Of a stretch of DNA of 64,000 nt, positions 61,489 through 64,000 are shown piece after piece; position 1 is the first letter of the stretch, and each line of letters starts with the position of its first letter. The position numbers and the translations under genes were made by a program. The stretch comes from a virus: IMG/VR virus record IMGVR_UViG_3300045988_129927, one strand, 5' to 3'. The notes under the pieces are model-generated. The model did not search any database, was not told the origin of the DNA, and saw nothing but the letters and a program-made list of their open reading frames with translations.

Positions 61489-63825
61489 ATGATATTATTT
61501 TTACAAGACTGGATTAAATATCCTAATGCTATTGTCCATACTTCGACTAAAAACCAGTCGTTTATTGATTTAGCAAACATTTATAAAAAGATGGGGATTA
61601 AGAACTACTACTTCCATTTACAATTACACGATAGACGTTTAGAGTTTGTAGACCCTTACGACCCTAATTTAACACAAGAACAAAAGATTTGGATTGCTGC
61701 TGAATGTGCGATTAATCCATTTTATTATTTTAGAGAAATTGCGCCTACTCCTGAGGGTAATCTTAAAAATAGATTTAGGGCTAATAGGGCGAATATCTCT
61801 TTATTTTGGTCATTCTTTAATAACTGCCAATATCTATTAATTCAACCACGTCAGACTGGTAAGTCTTATTCGACAGACGTACTCATGACTTATCTTCTAA
61901 ACTTCAGTACTGGTTTACGTATGTTACTGTATACAAAAGATAGACCTCTGGCTGTTAAGAACGTGATTCGTTTACGTAAGCTATTTGAGCGTATGCCTAA
62001 ATGGTTAAATCGAATGACTAAAAAAGACAGTAATAACCAAGAAACCATTACTGTATTAGATAGACGTAATTACTACAATACTATTGTGGCACAAGACTCT
62101 GTAGAAGATGCGGATAAAAAAGGTCGTGGTGATACTGTAGAAATTCGACATTGTGACGAGATTGCGTATTGTAAGAATAACTTTATTACCATTCCTACCA
62201 TGGGTTCTGCGATGAACGCGGCAAAAGATGATGCGATGCGCGAAGGTAAGTTTACTGGTTCTATCTTTACTACAACTGCTGGTAAGAAGGACTCACCTGA
62301 AGGTAAATGGGCATATGAACTATTCATGGAATCTGCACAATGGGATGAAAAATATCTTGATTGTAAAGATGTGGTTGAATTTGAGAAAATGGTTCGTAAA
62401 GACTCTAACCCACAATCTGAAATTGCTAAGATTACAGGTACGTTCAGTATCCAAGGAACATTCTCTCATCGTCAAATGGGTTATACGGATGAATGGTTGA
62501 TTAATAAGATTGTAGAGAACAGGGTTTCTCCTGAAGCAGCTCTTCGAGATTATTATAACGTTTGGACTTCTGGTAACGAAGTTTCTCCATTTACCACAAA
62601 ACAATTACAAATGATGACCAACAGTAAGATGGAACCTGTATATCGTGATATTGGTACCAATGGCTTAACTGTTAAATGGTATTATAGTCAAGATGAAATT
62701 AGCCATATGATGAATACTGTTCCTGTTATTGTAGGTATGGATAGTAGTTCTAATGTAGGTAGAGACTCTACGACATTGACTTTCGTTAATGCGATTAATC
62801 TTGAAATTATTGGATGTGCTGATTGTAATAATGTTAACTTATATAATTACGCTCAATGGTTAGCTGACTTAATGATACGTTATCCTAAGATACTTATTGT
62901 TCCAGAGAATAAGTCTTCAGCACAAGGTATTATCGATTACTTAATCGAGGTGTTACCTAGTTACAATATTGACCCATTTAAACGTGTGTTTAATATTGTG
63001 GTCAATGAACGTGATTCTAATCCACGTCGATTTGATACCATGGATTCACATCCTAGCCGTATGTCTATTGCTAACCAATACAGACCTTTATTTGGTTACA
63101 TGACTACAGGTACAGGTCGTTATACTCGTAATAACTTGTATAATGAAACATTGTATCGTGCTGTCGATATTGTTGCAGATAAGATTAAAGATGCTAGATT
63201 GGTAGATGAACTATTAGGTCTTGTCGTAATGGATGGTCGCATTGACCACTTGAAAGGTAAACATGATGACCAAGTAATTAGTTGGTTATTGGCTTGTTGG
63301 TTTATCTTCAATGCTCGTAATGTATTCTATTACGATATCATCAAGCAAAGATTCTTATCTGATGTAGTTGAAGCAGGTACTGCTGTAGACCCAGCTAAAC
63401 TAGCATACAATCGTGAACAAGAAAATATTCGTAATAAGATTGAATCTCTTTATAATGATTTAAATAACACTGATGATTATTTTGAATTTAGTAAGATTGA
63501 GAAATCTATTCGATTATTGGAACAACGATTAAATCCAGAAGAACGTAATAAGATTATTGGTATGTCCGATATGATTAACGAATTGAAAGAAAACCGTAAG
63601 ATTAACATGATGAAACAATCACCTGTTATTGTGGATAATATCTTAGGTAGTTTAGATTCTATTCGTACTGAAGCGATGTTAAGCAATAAAGCCAATTACT
63701 TTGGTAGAAATGATATGTTCGGATTTGGTAGTTATAATGGTAATATTAATACTACTTATAATGCCAATGTTAACACTACGTATTCTTCTGATATCGATAG
63801 CTTAGATTATTGGAATTCTTTATAA
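61489..63825 (+). CDS. terL: terminase large subunit
   Basis: IQPRQTGKSYS is Walker A. VEIRHCDEIAY is Walker B. The nuclease half contains VGMDSSSNVG and GKHDDQVISWLLA. The ATG at 61489 has AAAGGA upstream, so it is preferred over the track GTG at 61462. Confidence 0.8.
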   Translation: MILFLQDWIKYPNAIVHTSTKNQSFIDLANIYKKMGIKNYYFHLQLHDRRLEFVDPYDPNLTQEQKIWIAAECAINPFYYFREIAPTPEGNLKNRFRANRANISLFWSFFNNCQYLLIQPRQTGKSYSTDVLMTYLLNFSTGLRMLLYTKDRPLAVKNVIRLRKLFERMPKWLNRMTKKDSNNQETITVLDRRNYYNTIVAQDSVEDADKKGRGDTVEIRHCDEIAYCKNNFITIPTMGSAMNAAKDDAMREGKFTGSIFTTTAGKKDSPEGKWAYELFMESAQWDEKYLDCKDVVEFEKMVRKDSNPQSEIAKITGTFSIQGTFSHRQMGYTDEWLINKIVENRVSPEAALRDYYNVWTSGNEVSPFTTKQLQMMTNSKMEPVYRDIGTNGLTVKWYYSQDEISHMMNTVPVIVGMDSSSNVGRDSTTLTFVNAINLEIIGCADCNNVNLYNYAQWLADLMIRYPKILIVPENKSSAQGIIDYLIEVLPSYNIDPFKRVFNIVVNERDSNPRRFDTMDSHPSRMSIANQYRPLFGYMTTGTGRYTRNNLYNETLYRAVDIVADKIKDARLVDELLGLVVMDGRIDHLKGKHDDQVISWLLACWFIFNARNVFYYDIIKQRFLSDVVEAGTAVDPAKLAYNREQENIRNKIESLYNDLNNTDDYFEFSKIEKSIRLLEQRLNPEERNKIIGMSDMINELKENRKINMMKQSPVIVDNILGSLDSIRTEAMLSNKANYFGRNDMFGFGSYNGNINTTYNANVNTTYSSDIDSLDYWNSL

Positions 63826-63842
63826 AACATAAAACCCTAGTC

Positions 63843-63870
63843 CCTCTAGTACTCTTAGGAGTACTAGAGG
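63843..63870 (+). terminator. hairpin terminator after terL
   Basis: 12-bp stem CCTCTAGTACTC/GAGTACTAGAGG with loop TTAG, 18 nt past the terL stop. Confidence 0.6.
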
Positions 63871-64000
63871 CTATAGGCTTGGAGAGAAATCATGTATTTC
63901 AAACGATAAGTGGATCAAGTTTATTCAAATTGACCCGCGCCATCTTAACTAGCACGATGCTTTCTCAACCCCACACTTATCCCGAAGTTACGTGTAAGAT

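Noticed and set aside
61395-61580. Minus-strand 61-aa ORF overlapping the terL start region, and the track GTG start for terL at 61462.
   Set aside because: The minus-strand ORF has no SD and overlaps the terminator of the upstream gene. For terL, the ATG at 61489 has AAAGGA at the proper spacing, whereas the GTG at 61462 has none.
1-64000. Search for CRISPR arrays, tandem direct repeats, integrase or transposase genes, a PhuZ-type tubulin (GGGTGSG), tRNAs and rRNAs.
   Set aside because: None was found by eye. The only repeats are the regulatory modules and hairpin families listed above. The absence of PhuZ or of a beta N-terminal RNAP fragment says nothing about the rest of the genome.

Overview
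The window reads as one contiguous piece of an AT-rich jumbo-phage genome of the phiKZ-like, nucleus-forming (Chimalliviridae) type. I support about 64 protein genes, roughly 50 of them on the minus strand. Nearly all have an AAGGA-type Shine-Dalgarno sequence, and many are separated by long perfect-stem hairpin terminators. No tRNA, rRNA, CRISPR array, transposase or integrase is visible. Calls that rest on sequence motifs: three fragments of a split multisubunit RNA polymerase. These are beta-prime N-terminal with the Zn finger and NGDFDGDQ (40277..41812), beta-prime C-terminal (25647..27737), and beta C-terminal with GLHGNKGV (27806..30181). A family-B DNA polymerase is split into two distant, oppositely oriented genes: Exo I-III plus motif A at 20419..22215, and motifs B and C at 46185..48371. 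Also supported are a large terminase subunit (61489..63825), an SF2 DEAH helicase, an SbcD/Mre11-type phosphoesterase, a ClpP-like serine peptidase, two HExxH proteins, and a nucleic-acid-binding candidate with an SSB-type acidic tail. A 661-aa, strongly codon-biased gene lies next to the beta-prime N-terminal gene, the same neighbourhood as phiKZ gp54/gp55, so I call it a candidate nuclear-shell protein (chimallin). Region 7243..20295 looks like a late virion module whose proteins share an N-terminal MSLFD-type signature. Regulatory structure: a 16-19 nt AT-rich motif (TATAyTAtTAAAnTG) occurs 13 times, always on the minus strand. Twelve copies lie 32-102 nt upstream of a minus-strand start codon and are usually followed at once by a short leader hairpin, so I interpret the motif as an early, virion-RNAP-type promoter. 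Most interesting items: (1) a promoter-to-terminator unit of about 0.4 kb with no credible ORF (48921..49341), a candidate structured ncRNA; (2) a double-hairpin element with compensatory base changes at two promoters (2337..2384 and 23023..23073); (3) the MSLFD propeptide-like signature, which also occurs on a membrane-anchored metalloprotease; (4) the DNA polymerase split inside the palm domain; (5) a histone-H1-like/HTH protein and a protein with a Q/N/G/Y-rich tail. All functional calls come from motifs read by eye, and no database search was possible.
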